The position numbers and the translations under genes are program-made. A DNA stretch of 64,000 nt, taken from Acidobacteriota bacterium. Its GTDB lineage: Bacteria > Acidobacteriota > UBA6911 > RPQK01 > JAJDTT01. Location: assembly GCA_965263035.1 (NCBI GenBank), contig OZ253580.1, positions 4,512,001 through 4,576,000 on the forward strand, given 5' to 3'. The notes below the pieces were generated by a model, which made no database searches, was not told the origin of the DNA, and saw only the letters and a program-made list of their open reading frames with translations. Position 1 is the first letter of the stretch; every line of letters begins with the position of its first letter. Shown piece by piece: positions 1-10,013 of the stretch.

Positions 1-2
1 CC

Positions 3-110
3 GTGACCGGGCTTTCCATGGGAATGAGCCAAGACTATCGGGTGGCCATCGAGGAAGGAGCCACACTGCTCAGGGTCGGGTCGAAGCTGTTCGGAAAACG
101 GCCTTCCTGA
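3..110 (+). CDS. yggS: PLP homeostasis protein YggS/PROSC family, 3' end only (runs off window start)
   Basis: Manual translation [35 protein letters not shown] matches the YggS C-terminal signature SMGMSxD..AI.EGAT..R.G..FG. Confidence 0.9.
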   Translation: MTGLSMGMSQDYRVAIEEGATLLRVGSKLFGKRPS

Positions 111-1145
111 GGCAGCAATGTGGAGGCTAATGGCACGTCCGTGGTGCTTCCATCCGAGGTTCAAAGCAATCGATCGGAAAAGCTTGGCCCTCGCTGCTGT
201 TCGATGGGTACGCAATCGACACGCGTTGCGCTCGACGGGATCCCAGGAGCCAGCCGTCTCCGTCAACCAATATGAATAGGTCAAAGCAGTGAGCCACACG
301 GACGCTCTGTTCTCTGAGCAACAGCCGCTCCACCGACTATAATGAGTTCACGCGCCTATTCCCCTATTTGGGGAATTTCTTGGCCGATGTGGATCTAATG
401 CCACTGTGGAATAAGACGGCTATGGATTAGGCAGGTTATGGGCACGGACTGGAGGCCCGGTGGAATGCCATGGAATGCAAGTGGCTCCAGGGCCACTCAC
501 GTGGGTGGTTTGACTTATTCTGTCAGGGTGTCCTGCTAAAATTCCATGCTGGAGCGGAGGCTAGTTTCTCATGGCAATAGAATTCACGGGTTGAAGCCAC
601 TGGCAATAGTGGGTCAATCAAATCCCGAGAAAGTAGGTGGAGCGTACGCCAAAAACGAAATGTCGGCCGGTCCGGGTCACCAAAAAACCCGGCCCGAAGA
701 CTGTGACTGTCAAACGACACGTTCGCAGCAAGCCCAAGCCACTCGACAAATGCTGATGCTTGGCTAACGTGAGAACCAGCCTTCCTCCAATCCTCAAGCG
801 TTGTCCAGAAGATCTCCCACGACCACTTGGTCACGAAATTTTTCTGCCAATGCTCTTAGGCCCTATAGCCAAATGCCGGCGGACTGCGAATCCGAATCTG
901 CGCTACGCCATTGGCGAAACTGGTGCCGCGCGCTTTCACCAATGCTAGACGGCATATGACCCGGACGATCCTCGTCCGTGTTGGCTGACTGAGTCGATGT
1001 CACTGCATCGACGGACGCTAGAGTATGTGTGAGCACTTACGTGATTGTCAAGCATGAATCACACTTAACTCCTTTAAAATCTATGGGTTATGTTGTCCCA
1101 GTGTCTCGAATTCTGTGCTTGCCATGAAATTGGTGTCAGGGGCTC

Positions 1146-1280
1146 CTGCTAAAAAATCAAATTGTGTCTGTGGCAATTCTGCCATTTTTCCGCTCACTAG
1201 AGATGCCGCCAATGGCCGGTGGGCTTGGCGAAATGGCGGAATTGGACGGACACCGATTTCGACGGGGGTTTTTCTAACAG
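1146..1280. repeat. Possible small MITE-like inverted-repeat element just upstream of the nrdJ RBS
   Basis: ctgctaaaaaatc (1146-1158) vs gtttttctaacag (1268-1280) are imperfect inverted ends; internal aattctgccattt / aaatggcggaatt pair at 12/13. Confidence 0.4.
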
Positions 1281-1301
1281 CTAGAATATCAGGAGGCGAA
1301 G

Positions 1302-4007
1302 ATGGGAAAGCTGGCGGAAGCGGTATCGGGATCTCGGATTCGATTGGAGCACCATTTCTCCAGACCCGACATCCATCCCTTTGACGACGTGGAATGGGAG
1401 ACTCGTTCCGCCGAAATCAAGGATTGGCAGACGGGCAAGGTCAGCTTTCGCCAAGACGATCTGGAGTTCCCCAAGTTCTGGTCCCAACGGGCCACGGACA
1501 TCGTCTCCAGCAAATACTTCCGCGGCCATCTGGGAACCCCCGGGCGGGAGCGGAGCGTCAAGCAGCTGATCGGGCGCATCGTCGACACCATCACGGGTTG
1601 GGGTTCCAAGATGGATTACTTCGACTCGGACGGCGACGCCAAGACCTTCAACTACGAGTTGACCTACCTGCTTCTGCATCAGGTGGCGGCGTTCAATTCG
1701 CCGGTTCAGTTCAACGTCGGGATCAAGAAGAAGCCCCAGTGCTCTGCCTGCTTCATCAACACCGTGGACGATTCCATGGAGCACATCATGAAGCTGGCCC
1801 GGACCGAAGCCACCATTTTCAAGGGCGGGTCCGGCTCCGGCGTGAACCTGTCCAAGATCCGTGCCTCCACGGAACCCCTCGCCGCCGGCGGCTTTGCCTC
1901 GGGCCCCGTCTCCTTCATGCGGGGATATGACAGCTTCGCCGGAGCGATCAAGAGCGGCGGCGCAACGCGCCGGGCCGCCAAGATGGTCATCCTGGACGCC
2001 GAACATCCCGATATCGAGGAGTACATCTGGTGCAAGGCCAAGGAAGAGAAGAAGGCTCAGCAACTCATCGAGTTGGGATACGACGACTCCATCGATGGTG
2101 AGGCCTACCGGTCCGTCCAGTTCCAGAACGCCAACAACAGCGTCGGGGTGACGGATGAATTCATGAAAACCGTGATGTCGGACGGCGAGTGGCGAACTCG
2201 CCGGGTCACCGACGGCAAGGTCCACCGCGTCTACAAGGCTGGCGATATGATGCAGTGGATCGCCGAGGCGGCGTGGCAGTGCGGCGATCCCGGCCTGCAA
2301 TTCAAGACCACTCTCAACGAGTGGCACACCAGTCCCAACGCCGGCCCCATCAATGCCTGCAATCCTTGCTCCGAGTACGTCTTCCTCGACAACTCGGCGT
2401 GCAATCTGGCCTCTCTGAACTTGATGAAGTTCCTGAAGCCGGACGGACAGTTCGACACCAAGTCCTTCCGCCATGCCGTATCCGTCCTGATCCTGGCCCA
2501 GGAGATCATCGTCGACAACTCCAGCTATCCCACCGAAGAGATCGAAGAGATCAGTCACGACTTCAGGACGTTGGGATTGGGATACGCGAATCTGGGCGCG
2601 TACCTGATGGCGCAGGGTCTGCCCTACGACGGCGACCAGGCGCGGAACACGGCCGCTGCCATCACCGCGCTGATGACGGGGCAGGCCTACTTGACCAGCG
2701 CCCGGATCGCCGAGCGCATGGGGACGTTCGCCGGCTTCGAAAGCAACCGTATTCCCATGATGGGTGTCATCCACAAGCACCGGAGCGCCCTCTCCCGGAT
2801 CGATTCGGCCCTGGTGCCCATGAACCTGCTTCACGCCAGCATGGAAGTTTGGGACGAAGCCATCGAGAAGGGGGCTCAAACGGGCTTCCGGAACGCACAG
2901 GTGACTCTGCTGGCGCCGACGGGAACCATCGCCTTCATGATGGACTGCGACACCACCGGCATCGAGCCGGACTTCTCACTGGTGAAGATCAAGAAGCTGG
3001 TCGGCGGAGGCACCCTCAAGATTGTCAACCACACCATTCCCCGGGCTCTCCGGACTCTGGGATACGACGAGGGGGAGCAGAAGGCGATTCTGGACTACGT
3101 CAACCGGAAGGATACGGTAGAGGGTGCGCCCAACCTGGTGAGGGACCATCTCCCCGTGTTCGATTGCGCGGACACTCCGGCAAAGGGGGTCCGTTCCATT
3201 CGTCCCATGGGGCACATCAAGATGTGCGGTGCCGTACAGCCCTTCCTCTCCGGAGCGATTTCCAAAACCGTCAACCTGCCCAATTCGGCCACGGTCGAAG
3301 AGATCAAGGACGCCTATATCCAGGGCTGGAAACACGGGATGAAGTCCGTCTCCATTTACCGAGACGGATGCAAGCTGGTGCAGCCGCTGTCGACCAAGGA
3401 CAGCAGCCGCCAGGTTCTGGCGGCTCAGCACCGGAACATGCCCAAGGATCACCCGGCGCTACAGCATGAATTCCGAATCCGTGGTTTCAAGGGTTTCCTG
3501 ACCATGGGGATGTATCCGGAAGACGAAGAGTTGGGCGAAATCTTCGTCAATTTCTCGAAGCAGGGTTCCACGCTGCAGGGCATGGCCATGGCTTGGGCCA
3601 TCGCCATTTCCATGGGGGTTCAACGCGGAGTGCCTCTGGAGGACTATGTCCGAATGTTCTCCCACATGAGCTTCGAGCCGGCTGGATTCACCGACAATCC
3701 CCAGATTCCGTTCGCGACCTCCATTCCCGACTACGTGGTCCGGTACTTGGCGAGTCGATTCCTGGACACCGAGATCCAGGAGGCGCTCGGCATCCACCAG
3801 GTCCGTCCCAACGGCAGTGTCCAGGATGGCGTCCAGGTGAGTTTTTCCGAGTACTCCCGGTCTGCCGAACCGGCCAGCCCGTCAGGAAAGCTGGTGCAGG
3901 ACGTTCGGGCGGACTCGCCCGCCTGCCTCCAGTGCGGGAACCTGATGCAGCGAAACGGGAACTGTTACGTGTGCACCGTCTGCGGCACCACTTCAGGCTG
4001 TAGTTGA
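1302..4007 (+). CDS. nrdJ: Adenosylcobalamin-dependent (class II) ribonucleotide reductase with C-terminal TSCPD and Zn-ribbon domains
   Basis: QCSACFI, GGATRRAAKM, NPCSEY, APTGTI..DCDTTGIEP, GAISKTVNLP, C-terminal CLQC..CTVC; RBS aggagg at 1291. Confidence 0.95.
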   Translation: MGKLAEAVSGSRIRLEHHFSRPDIHPFDDVEWETRSAEIKDWQTGKVSFRQDDLEFPKFWSQRATDIVSSKYFRGHLGTPGRERSVKQLIGRIVDTITGWGSKMDYFDSDGDAKTFNYELTYLLLHQVAAFNSPVQFNVGIKKKPQCSACFINTVDDSMEHIMKLARTEATIFKGGSGSGVNLSKIRASTEPLAAGGFASGPVSFMRGYDSFAGAIKSGGATRRAAKMVILDAEHPDIEEYIWCKAKEEKKAQQLIELGYDDSIDGEAYRSVQFQNANNSVGVTDEFMKTVMSDGEWRTRRVTDGKVHRVYKAGDMMQWIAEAAWQCGDPGLQFKTTLNEWHTSPNAGPINACNPCSEYVFLDNSACNLASLNLMKFLKPDGQFDTKSFRHAVSVLILAQEIIVDNSSYPTEEIEEISHDFRTLGLGYANLGAYLMAQGLPYDGDQARNTAAAITALMTGQAYLTSARIAERMGTFAGFESNRIPMMGVIHKHRSALSRIDSALVPMNLLHASMEVWDEAIEKGAQTGFRNAQVTLLAPTGTIAFMMDCDTTGIEPDFSLVKIKKLVGGGTLKIVNHTIPRALRTLGYDEGEQKAILDYVNRKDTVEGAPNLVRDHLPVFDCADTPAKGVRSIRPMGHIKMCGAVQPFLSGAISKTVNLPNSATVEEIKDAYIQGWKHGMKSVSIYRDGCKLVQPLSTKDSSRQVLAAQHRNMPKDHPALQHEFRIRGFKGFLTMGMYPEDEELGEIFVNFSKQGSTLQGMAMAWAIAISMGVQRGVPLEDYVRMFSHMSFEPAGFTDNPQIPFATSIPDYVVRYLASRFLDTEIQEALGIHQVRPNGSVQDGVQVSFSEYSRSAEPASPSGKLVQDVRADSPACLQCGNLMQRNGNCYVCTVCGTTSGCS

Positions 4008-4066
4008 GGCCTCTTCTCGGCGACCCGGTGAGGAATTCGGACTAGGAGGCTGCGCCGCGCAGACTC

Positions 4067-4936
4067 CTAGAATGGGGACTTGAACTTTTTCGACAGTCCA
4101 AAAACCACGCCGGAGGACGGATCGGTGTCTCGTAATCCGGCAAAGGCCCCCAGATCCAAATAGAGCCCTCCCACCTGAATCTGCAGGGCGATCCGCAGCC
4201 TCTTCTGTTGCTCGGTTCCGATACCTGATCGACTGGCAATGATGTCGGGTGACACCGGGACTCCCGTGTGACGGCCGGACCCGGCCCTTCCGTAGAAATC
4301 GCCCACCAGATTTATCTTGGAAGTGACGGGGTAGATCATCCCGATCCCATACAGAACCAGGTCATCCTGGGCCGCTGCATCCAACGGGTCCCCCAAGAGG
4401 GCGAGACCCATATTGATGAAGCTCCTCAGGCGGCCGAAGCTCCGCTCCAGAACCAGGGCGGAGAAGATGTTGGCGACGTCCTTTCCGATGCCGGTTTCGT
4501 TCGAAGCGATGGGAATTTGAGCGGCGAAGTGCAGGCCCATTGCCGGCCAACCGTTTTTCTGGTCCATGAAACGGACCTTGGAGCCGACGAAAAGGTCTCC
4601 ATAGTCGCTGGTCGAGTTGCCCGAGAAGGCGAGTCTTTCCGTGTGGGGAGCCGGGAACCTCTCGGATATGCCGAGAAAATCCTGAACGGTCCAGCCCATC
4701 CGGAGCTCGGCCCTGGGTCCGACCCCAAAGCGCAGATCGCAAATGCCGGCGCGGGTGAGGTTCCCCTTCAGTCCCGAGAGCCGGAAAGTGGCGTCTTGGA
4801 GGTACTCGAAACCGAGTCCGAACCGGGTCATTCCTTCGGGAACGGTGCTGGTGGGTTCGGTGATCAGCGGACGCTGCTGAGCAAACAGGGATCCGGAGAG
4901 AAGGACGAGAGCCGGCAGGACCGCGATCCGTTTCAT
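4067..4936 (-). CDS. Secreted, probable outer-membrane beta-barrel protein
   Basis: Signal peptide MKRIAVLPALVLLSGSLFA, QRPLITE start, alternating hydrophobic strands, terminal Phe; start moved from 4972 to the ATG at 4936. Confidence 0.6.
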   Translation of the reverse strand: MKRIAVLPALVLLSGSLFAQQRPLITEPTSTVPEGMTRFGLGFEYLQDATFRLSGLKGNLTRAGICDLRFGVGPRAELRMGWTVQDFLGISERFPAPHTERLAFSGNSTSDYGDLFVGSKVRFMDQKNGWPAMGLHFAAQIPIASNETGIGKDVANIFSALVLERSFGRLRSFINMGLALLGDPLDAAAQDDLVLYGIGMIYPVTSKINLVGDFYGRAGSGRHTGVPVSPDIIASRSGIGTEQQKRLRIALQIQVGGLYLDLGAFAGLRDTDPSSGVVFGLSKKFKSPF

Positions 4937-5022
4937 CCGGGGGAGTGTATGGACGCCTCCGAGGCGAGTCAACTGCTGTCCGATGTGGGGCTGCGGAGGA
5001 TGAATGAGCGGCGGGGCCCTTA

Positions 5023-5182
5023 ACAGCCCGTGGCAAAAGTCGTCACGGCATTCGACCGTCCCTGCATCCCGGCGGACTGCGTTACGACTCGGTCACATGC
5101 TCCCGGCATGCTCCCTCATCGCGCCTGGTCCGGCGGGCGCAGGAACGGTCTCGGTGCTCGCGGGACTTTCACCACGGACTGT
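5023..5182 (+). mobile_element. MITE family A (ERIC-like) copy 1, 160 bp
   Basis: Terminal IRs acagcccgtggcaaaagtc / gactttcaccacggactgt, TA on both sides. Confidence 0.85.
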
Positions 5183-5184
5183 TA

Positions 5185-5346
5185 ACAGCCCGTGGCAAAA
5201 GTCGTCACGGCATTCGACCGTCCCTGCATCGTGCGCGGACTGCGTTACGACTCGGTCACATACTCCCGGTATGCTTCCTCATCGCGCCTGGTCCGGCGGG
5301 CGCAGGAACGGTTTCGGTGCGACGCGGGACTTTCACCACGGACTGT
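5185..5346 (+). mobile_element. MITE family A (ERIC-like) copy 2, 162 bp, tandem with copy 1, overlapping the dnaJ stop codon
   Basis: Near-identical to 5023-5182; shares TA at 5183-5184. Confidence 0.85.
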
Positions 5347-6470
5347 CAACCGAACACTTCCTTGACCTTGCCGAAGAAGCCTTCCTTGTCCTGGTCCGAC
5401 TTCTCAAGAGCGTCCAGCTGGAGCAGCAACTCCCGTTGTTCCCGGCTCAGCCGTCTCGGAAAGGTGACCTTCATCTTGACGAACTGATCTCCCCGGCCGT
5501 GTCCCCGGGGACTCACGACCCCTCGGCCTCTGAGGCGGAATACCGTGCCGGGCTGAGTTCCTTCCGGCAGCCGCAACTTTTCCGTCCCCTCCAAAGTCGG
5601 GACCACCAGTTCGGTCCCCAGCGCGGCCTGAACAAAACTCACTGGAAGTTCGCAGTGAAGGTCGTTCTGATCCCGGCGGAAGAAGGGGTGTTCCTCTACG
5701 GAAAGGACCACGTAGAGGTCCCCTGACGGTCCCTTGTTGGGGCCGGCCTCTCCTTCGCCGAGGATGCGCAGCTTCGACCCTTGGTCGACGCCGGGCGGAA
5801 TCTTGATCTCCAGGACCTTCTCCCGCTGAACCCGTCCCGCCCCGTGGCACCGGCGGCACCGGTTCTTGACGATCCGTCCCGATCCCTGGCACTGGGAACA
5901 GGTGCGGCTGATGGTAAAGAAGCCCTGCTGGTAGCGCTGCTGGCCCTGCCCCTGACAGGCGGGGCAGGTGACGGGACCGGTCCCGGGGTCGGCGCCGGAG
6001 CCGTTGCAGGAATCGCAGGTCTCCTGCCTGGGGATCTTGATCTTCGTCGTGGCTCCGAAAACGGCGTCTTCGAATGAGATTTTGAAATCGTACCTCAGAT
6101 CGGCGCCGCGGCGGGTCCGTGTCCCGCGGCCGGAGCGTCCGCCGCCGAAGATGTCGCCGAAACCGAAGAGATCGCCCAGGATATCGCTGAAGTCGGCGAA
6201 GGGATCGCCGCTGAATCCACCGCCCCCGGCGCCGGCGCCGCTCACACCGGCGTGGCCGAAACGATCGTATTGGGCGCGCTTCTGCGGGTCGACGAGAACG
6301 CTGTAGGCTTCGGCGGCCTCTTTGAAACGCTCTTCGGCCTGTTTGTCTCCGGGATTCTTGTCCGGGTGGTACTTGATGGCGAGTTTACGATACGCCGCCT
6401 TCAGGTCCTGCTGGGTGGCCTTGCGATCCACACCCAGCACTTCGTAATAGTCTCTTTTGGACAAAGCCAC
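5346..6470 (-). CDS. dnaJ: Chaperone DnaJ
   Basis: J domain with HPD, G/F-rich linker, four CxxCxGxG repeats. Confidence 0.97.
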   Translation of the reverse strand: MALSKRDYYEVLGVDRKATQQDLKAAYRKLAIKYHPDKNPGDKQAEERFKEAAEAYSVLVDPQKRAQYDRFGHAGVSGAGAGGGGFSGDPFADFSDILGDLFGFGDIFGGGRSGRGTRTRRGADLRYDFKISFEDAVFGATTKIKIPRQETCDSCNGSGADPGTGPVTCPACQGQGQQRYQQGFFTISRTCSQCQGSGRIVKNRCRRCHGAGRVQREKVLEIKIPPGVDQGSKLRILGEGEAGPNKGPSGDLYVVLSVEEHPFFRRDQNDLHCELPVSFVQAALGTELVVPTLEGTEKLRLPEGTQPGTVFRLRGRGVVSPRGHGRGDQFVKMKVTFPRRLSREQRELLLQLDALEKSDQDKEGFFGKVKEVFG

Positions 6471-6576
6471 TTTCTCCCTCTCCCATCGGAGTCACGATTG
6501 AGTTGCGATTCCCGATGAGCGGACGGTAGCCCCTAAAATAAGATCGTTGCCCGGCCGATTCAAGGAATCCGATTCT

Positions 6577-6837
6577 TCAAGCCGGAACGCGCCGGTCCGT
6601 CGAGAAATGCGGGCTCGAGTCTCTCTCCCACGCCGCCGATTCCGTGTGGACGGCCCGGAGATATTCGGCGAGGAAAGAGACTGGTGCCAATTGCGCTTGA
6701 AACCGGAGCAACTGGGGATGGCGCCGGTATCCCCTCGTTCTACCTGCGAGTACCGCCCGGGCCAGGAGGCCCTCTCTCCATAAGGAGACCAGTCCTCGGG
6801 CATCAAGGTACTTGGGATGCAGACTCCAGAAACGCAT
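6577..6837 (-). pseudogene. Pyrimidine-dimer DNA glycosylase / endonuclease V-like (DNA lyase) protein, apparently 3'-truncated
   Basis: MRFWSLHPKYLDARGLVSLWREGLLA..GY..HPQL.RF N-terminal signature; only 86 aa and similarity is lost after ESAA. Confidence 0.7.
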
Positions 6838-7045
6838 TCGGACATCCTGACAAACTATTTGAAAACTCGGCTATCTCTACGTCGGATGCAGACAGTCTAA
6901 CCCGAATTCCTCACCAAGTCGCTGAACTTGGGACGAAAGTGAATTTCATTTCAGTCACTTATCGGTCTGATTCCCAAGTCACCCGGGCGCAGACTGCGCT
7001 GGGTGCGCCCGGGTGAGAAATGCGGGCAAAAGCTGGCCGTGCGGG

Positions 7046-7882
7046 TCAAGTGCCAATGCTGGGATCGATGAATTCACGCATTGCCGCGGCACACTCCTGC
7101 GGTTGTTCCAGTTGCAGCAAGTGTGTCGCTTCCGGTAGGAAATCGTAGTCGACGGTCAGAATACTGCTCAGATCCATCGTGGGAAGGTACGAGCAGGGCA
7201 AGGTCGGATCGGCTCCGATGACCTTGGTCGGGCAGAGAAGAGCTTCAAAGTCCACCAGCACGGCAAACGCACGAGCGTAATCTACGAGTTGCGCTTCGAA
7301 TCCAGGCGGGCATCGAAGCACATATTCCTTCCCGCCGGCACCTTCACGAAGCGTCGTCCTGGCCACGAGATCGCAGACTCCCGGTACGACGCGTTCGAAG
7401 ACCGGCAAGTAGGGAAGAAAGCCAGCGAACGCTTCCCTGGTTTTAAACCGATCCGTGCGGCGCCGGGTCATAGCGGCCACGCGCATCGTAGCCCGATCGA
7501 ATTTTTCGTGGCTGTCATCCGGCTTGCACAGGGGCGGATCAAACAGGACGCACGCGGAGAATTCGCTTCCACGGGTCGGTGACAGGAGCGTGATCAGAGC
7601 CGAAACGGCGTGAAATACGCCGATTTTCGGCTTGTCTCCGTAGTGGCGGTCGATCGCTTCAAGGATACGCTGGTGGTCACGCACGAGCGTTGGAATGTTG
7701 TGTTCTCGAAGCTTGCCGACGGTATTCCAACCATGGTTTCTGAGGTCATAGATGACCAAGTCGAATTCGTCGGTCAGGAGTGACCAGAAAGGGTAGTAGG
7801 GATCGATGGTGTGTTCACCGGCGTCGAAATACGCGCATATTCGTTGTTGCGGGCGGATCTCTGACAATTCAGCAACGGTCAC
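7046..7882 (-). CDS. Alpha/beta hydrolase (PKS-associated type), N-terminus probably truncated
   Basis: YYPFWSLL.DEFDLVIYDLRNHGWN, GVFHAVSA (Ala at the usual nucleophile position), THLLQLEQP; expected HG oxyanion strand not visible. Confidence 0.65.
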   Translation of the reverse strand: MTVAELSEIRPQQRICAYFDAGEHTIDPYYPFWSLLTDEFDLVIYDLRNHGWNTVGKLREHNIPTLVRDHQRILEAIDRHYGDKPKIGVFHAVSALITLLSPTRGSEFSACVLFDPPLCKPDDSHEKFDRATMRVAAMTRRRTDRFKTREAFAGFLPYLPVFERVVPGVCDLVARTTLREGAGGKEYVLRCPPGFEAQLVDYARAFAVLVDFEALLCPTKVIGADPTLPCSYLPTMDLSSILTVDYDFLPEATHLLQLEQPQECAAAMREFIDPSIGT

Positions 7883-8548
7883 AGCCCGGATTGGCCACCT
7901 GATTCAGGCCTCGTTTCGGTATCCGAGACCAATTCATGAGCGATGGCGGCCGAGAAATTCCTGTTGCCAAGGTCTTCCAGCCGCCATCGGACCTCCGGCA
8001 ACTGTGGCAGTTGGAAAATGCCGGTCGTCATGCCCCGACGCAAAGCCGACGGGATCTGGAAACGGGAGACGTCCAAAGAAAAGCCCACGCCTAGAGCCTT
8101 GATCAGAGCTTCCTTGAATGTCCAGAGCTTCAGAAACAGATGAAGCCTACGTGATCCATACACCGACGCAAGTTCGGCTTGTTCGTCCGGACCCAGCACG
8201 GCCCGTATGAGGCCATCGAGATCGTGACGGGGAACCCGTTCCTCCACATCCACACCCAGGCGCCCTTCCGGAGCCAAGGCGATCAAGCCATGCTTGCCGC
8301 TGTGACTGACGTTGAAGCTGATGCGGGCTGGTCTCCCACCCACGACGGCGAACGGTTTTCCATGCTGCGAGGCGCTGAACCCGAGCTGTCGGTTCCCGCA
8401 ATCCAGTTCACCGCGGAGAAAGGCGCGGAGAGCCGCGCGACATAAGGCAAAACGGCGTTTGGGACCTGGATGCCGGTAGCGCTGCCAATGCTTCCGTTCC
8501 CTCTCATCGAGCCACGCCCAAGCATCCGCTTCGTGCGGCGCAGGCTCC
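7879..8548 (-). pseudogene. Sfp-type 4'-phosphopantetheinyl transferase, 5' end lost by deletion
   Basis: GKP, FNVSHSG, LGVDVE, LWTFKEALIKALG.GF motifs; DNA upstream of 8549 encodes ketosynthase in another frame. Confidence 0.75.
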
Positions 8549-9220
8549 CAGGTCCGTTTCGTTCTGTTGCAAGGCAACAGTGGCCTGATGGGCCGCCACC
8601 AGGGACGAAGCACACCCCAAGTCCAGTGGTACTGCCGGACCGGTGAGCCCCTATACGAAGGCGATCCGCCCGGCGGCGATGCTCATGGAGGTGCCGAGAT
8701 ACCCGTGAGCCTCGCCGCTGGCCGTGGCCAGGTCCCGGTAGTCTCCGTTTGCCACGCTGACATAAACGCTGGTGCGGCTTCCCTTCAACCCGTCGGGATC
8801 GATACCTGCGTCTTCAAGCGCATGCCAAGTCGTCTCCAGCAATAACCGCTGCCGCGGATCCATCATCCGGGCCTCGATCGGCGCGATTCGGAAGAACCTC
8901 GAGTCGAAGCGGTCGATGTCCTCGACGAATCCACCCCGCCGCGAGGCGGCATCCGGCGACTCGGGATCTCCGGCGGCGCCGTACCAGGGACCCGAATCCT
9001 GGCGTCCGTCGGTCACTGCGTCCACGCCCGCCTCGAGTTGCCGCCAAGAGGCGGGAAGGTCCGGGGCGCCAGGGAACCGGCAGGCCATGCCCACGATGGC
9101 GATCGGCTCTCCGGACGGGACTTCCTTTCGTCTTCTGCCCTCATGTTCGGCGGGCAGATTTCCGTAAGGATCGAGAAAGCCGTCACGTTTCATGGTTTTC
9201 CACTCGCCGGTGTGGACCAA
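8549..9220 (-). pseudogene. Type I PKS ketosynthase N-terminal fragment with internal stop
   Basis: EPIAIVGMACRFPG, MDPRQRLLLE, GRIAFV; reading through TAG (8651-8653) gives GLTGPAVPLDLGCASSLVAAHQA...ETDL, including the active-site Cys. Confidence 0.85.
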
Positions 9221-9276
9221 CCCGGATTTCTCTCACCGGAACCCGTTCCTTGGGTTGGGTTCCGAGGCTGGGCCCC

Positions 9277-9882
9277 CTACTGACCCGGCGGCTCCTCCGG
9301 AGGCGGCATGGCCACCTTGACCTGAGCCGCCCGCAGGAGCTTGTCGCGGATGAGATAACCGGGCCGATACTCCTCGATGACGGTGCCTTCCTCGTGTTCC
9401 CGGGTGAACTCCCGAAGCACCGCCTCGTGAACCCTGGGGTCGAACTGGCTGCCGACTCCGGGAGCGGTCGTTACCTGGAACTTCTCCAACACCACCTTCA
9501 TCTGTTCGGCGAGCAGGCGGTAGCCCTCCAGATATGGCGTGAGGGCGGGACCCGGATCGGCCGCGGACATGACCTCCAGTCCCTTGGCACAGGCATCCAA
9601 TACGGGGAGCAGCTCCAACACCAGGTCGGCCTGTCCCTGAAGGCGGGCTTCGAACCGGTTCTTCTCCGTCCGCTTTCGGAAGTTGTCGAACTCGGCCTGT
9701 TTCCGGAGGAGCAGATCGTAGTATTCGTCGCGTTGCTTGGCGAGGTCCCCGATAGCCTCTACGTATATCGACTCGGCGGTCTCGGCCGGGGCAGGATCGT
9801 CCTGCGGCCCTTCCTGACCGTCTTCATCGGATGGGACTTCAGATTGATTTTCGATTTCTTCTGGTCGTTCCATGGTCGTCAA
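9277..9882 (-). CDS. grpE: Nucleotide exchange factor GrpE
   Basis: LRKQAEFDNFRKR, FDPRVHEAV, GYLIRDKLLRAAQVKV. Confidence 0.95.
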   Translation of the reverse strand: MTTMERPEEIENQSEVPSDEDGQEGPQDDPAPAETAESIYVEAIGDLAKQRDEYYDLLLRKQAEFDNFRKRTEKNRFEARLQGQADLVLELLPVLDACAKGLEVMSAADPGPALTPYLEGYRLLAEQMKVVLEKFQVTTAPGVGSQFDPRVHEAVLREFTREHEEGTVIEEYRPGYLIRDKLLRAAQVKVAMPPPEEPPGQ

Positions 9883-10013
9883 CTCTTTCCGGTCTTGCCA
9901 GTCGCGGCGGTTTCGCGTGGGCAGGTTTCAGGTTAGAAGGGATCGGTTCGAGACGCTGAAGGACAAGGCCCGGTTCTAACGCTCAAACCGCGTGTAGACT
10001 ATGGGGCGGCGGA

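Noticed and set aside
1010-1300. NrdR boxes or cobalamin riboswitch upstream of nrdJ
   Set aside because: Only weak partial matches; no convincing tandem palindrome or B12 box seen by eye
5023-5346. CRISPR array
   Set aside because: Repeat units are about 160 bp with no unique spacers; no cas genes in the window
5004-5726. 240-aa ORF with an internal repeat
   Set aside because: Translation of the tandem MITE plus antisense dnaJ
8651-8653. Pyrrolysine or programmed readthrough at the KS TAG
   Set aside because: The gene is deleted about 100 bp later; a nonsense mutation is the simpler explanation
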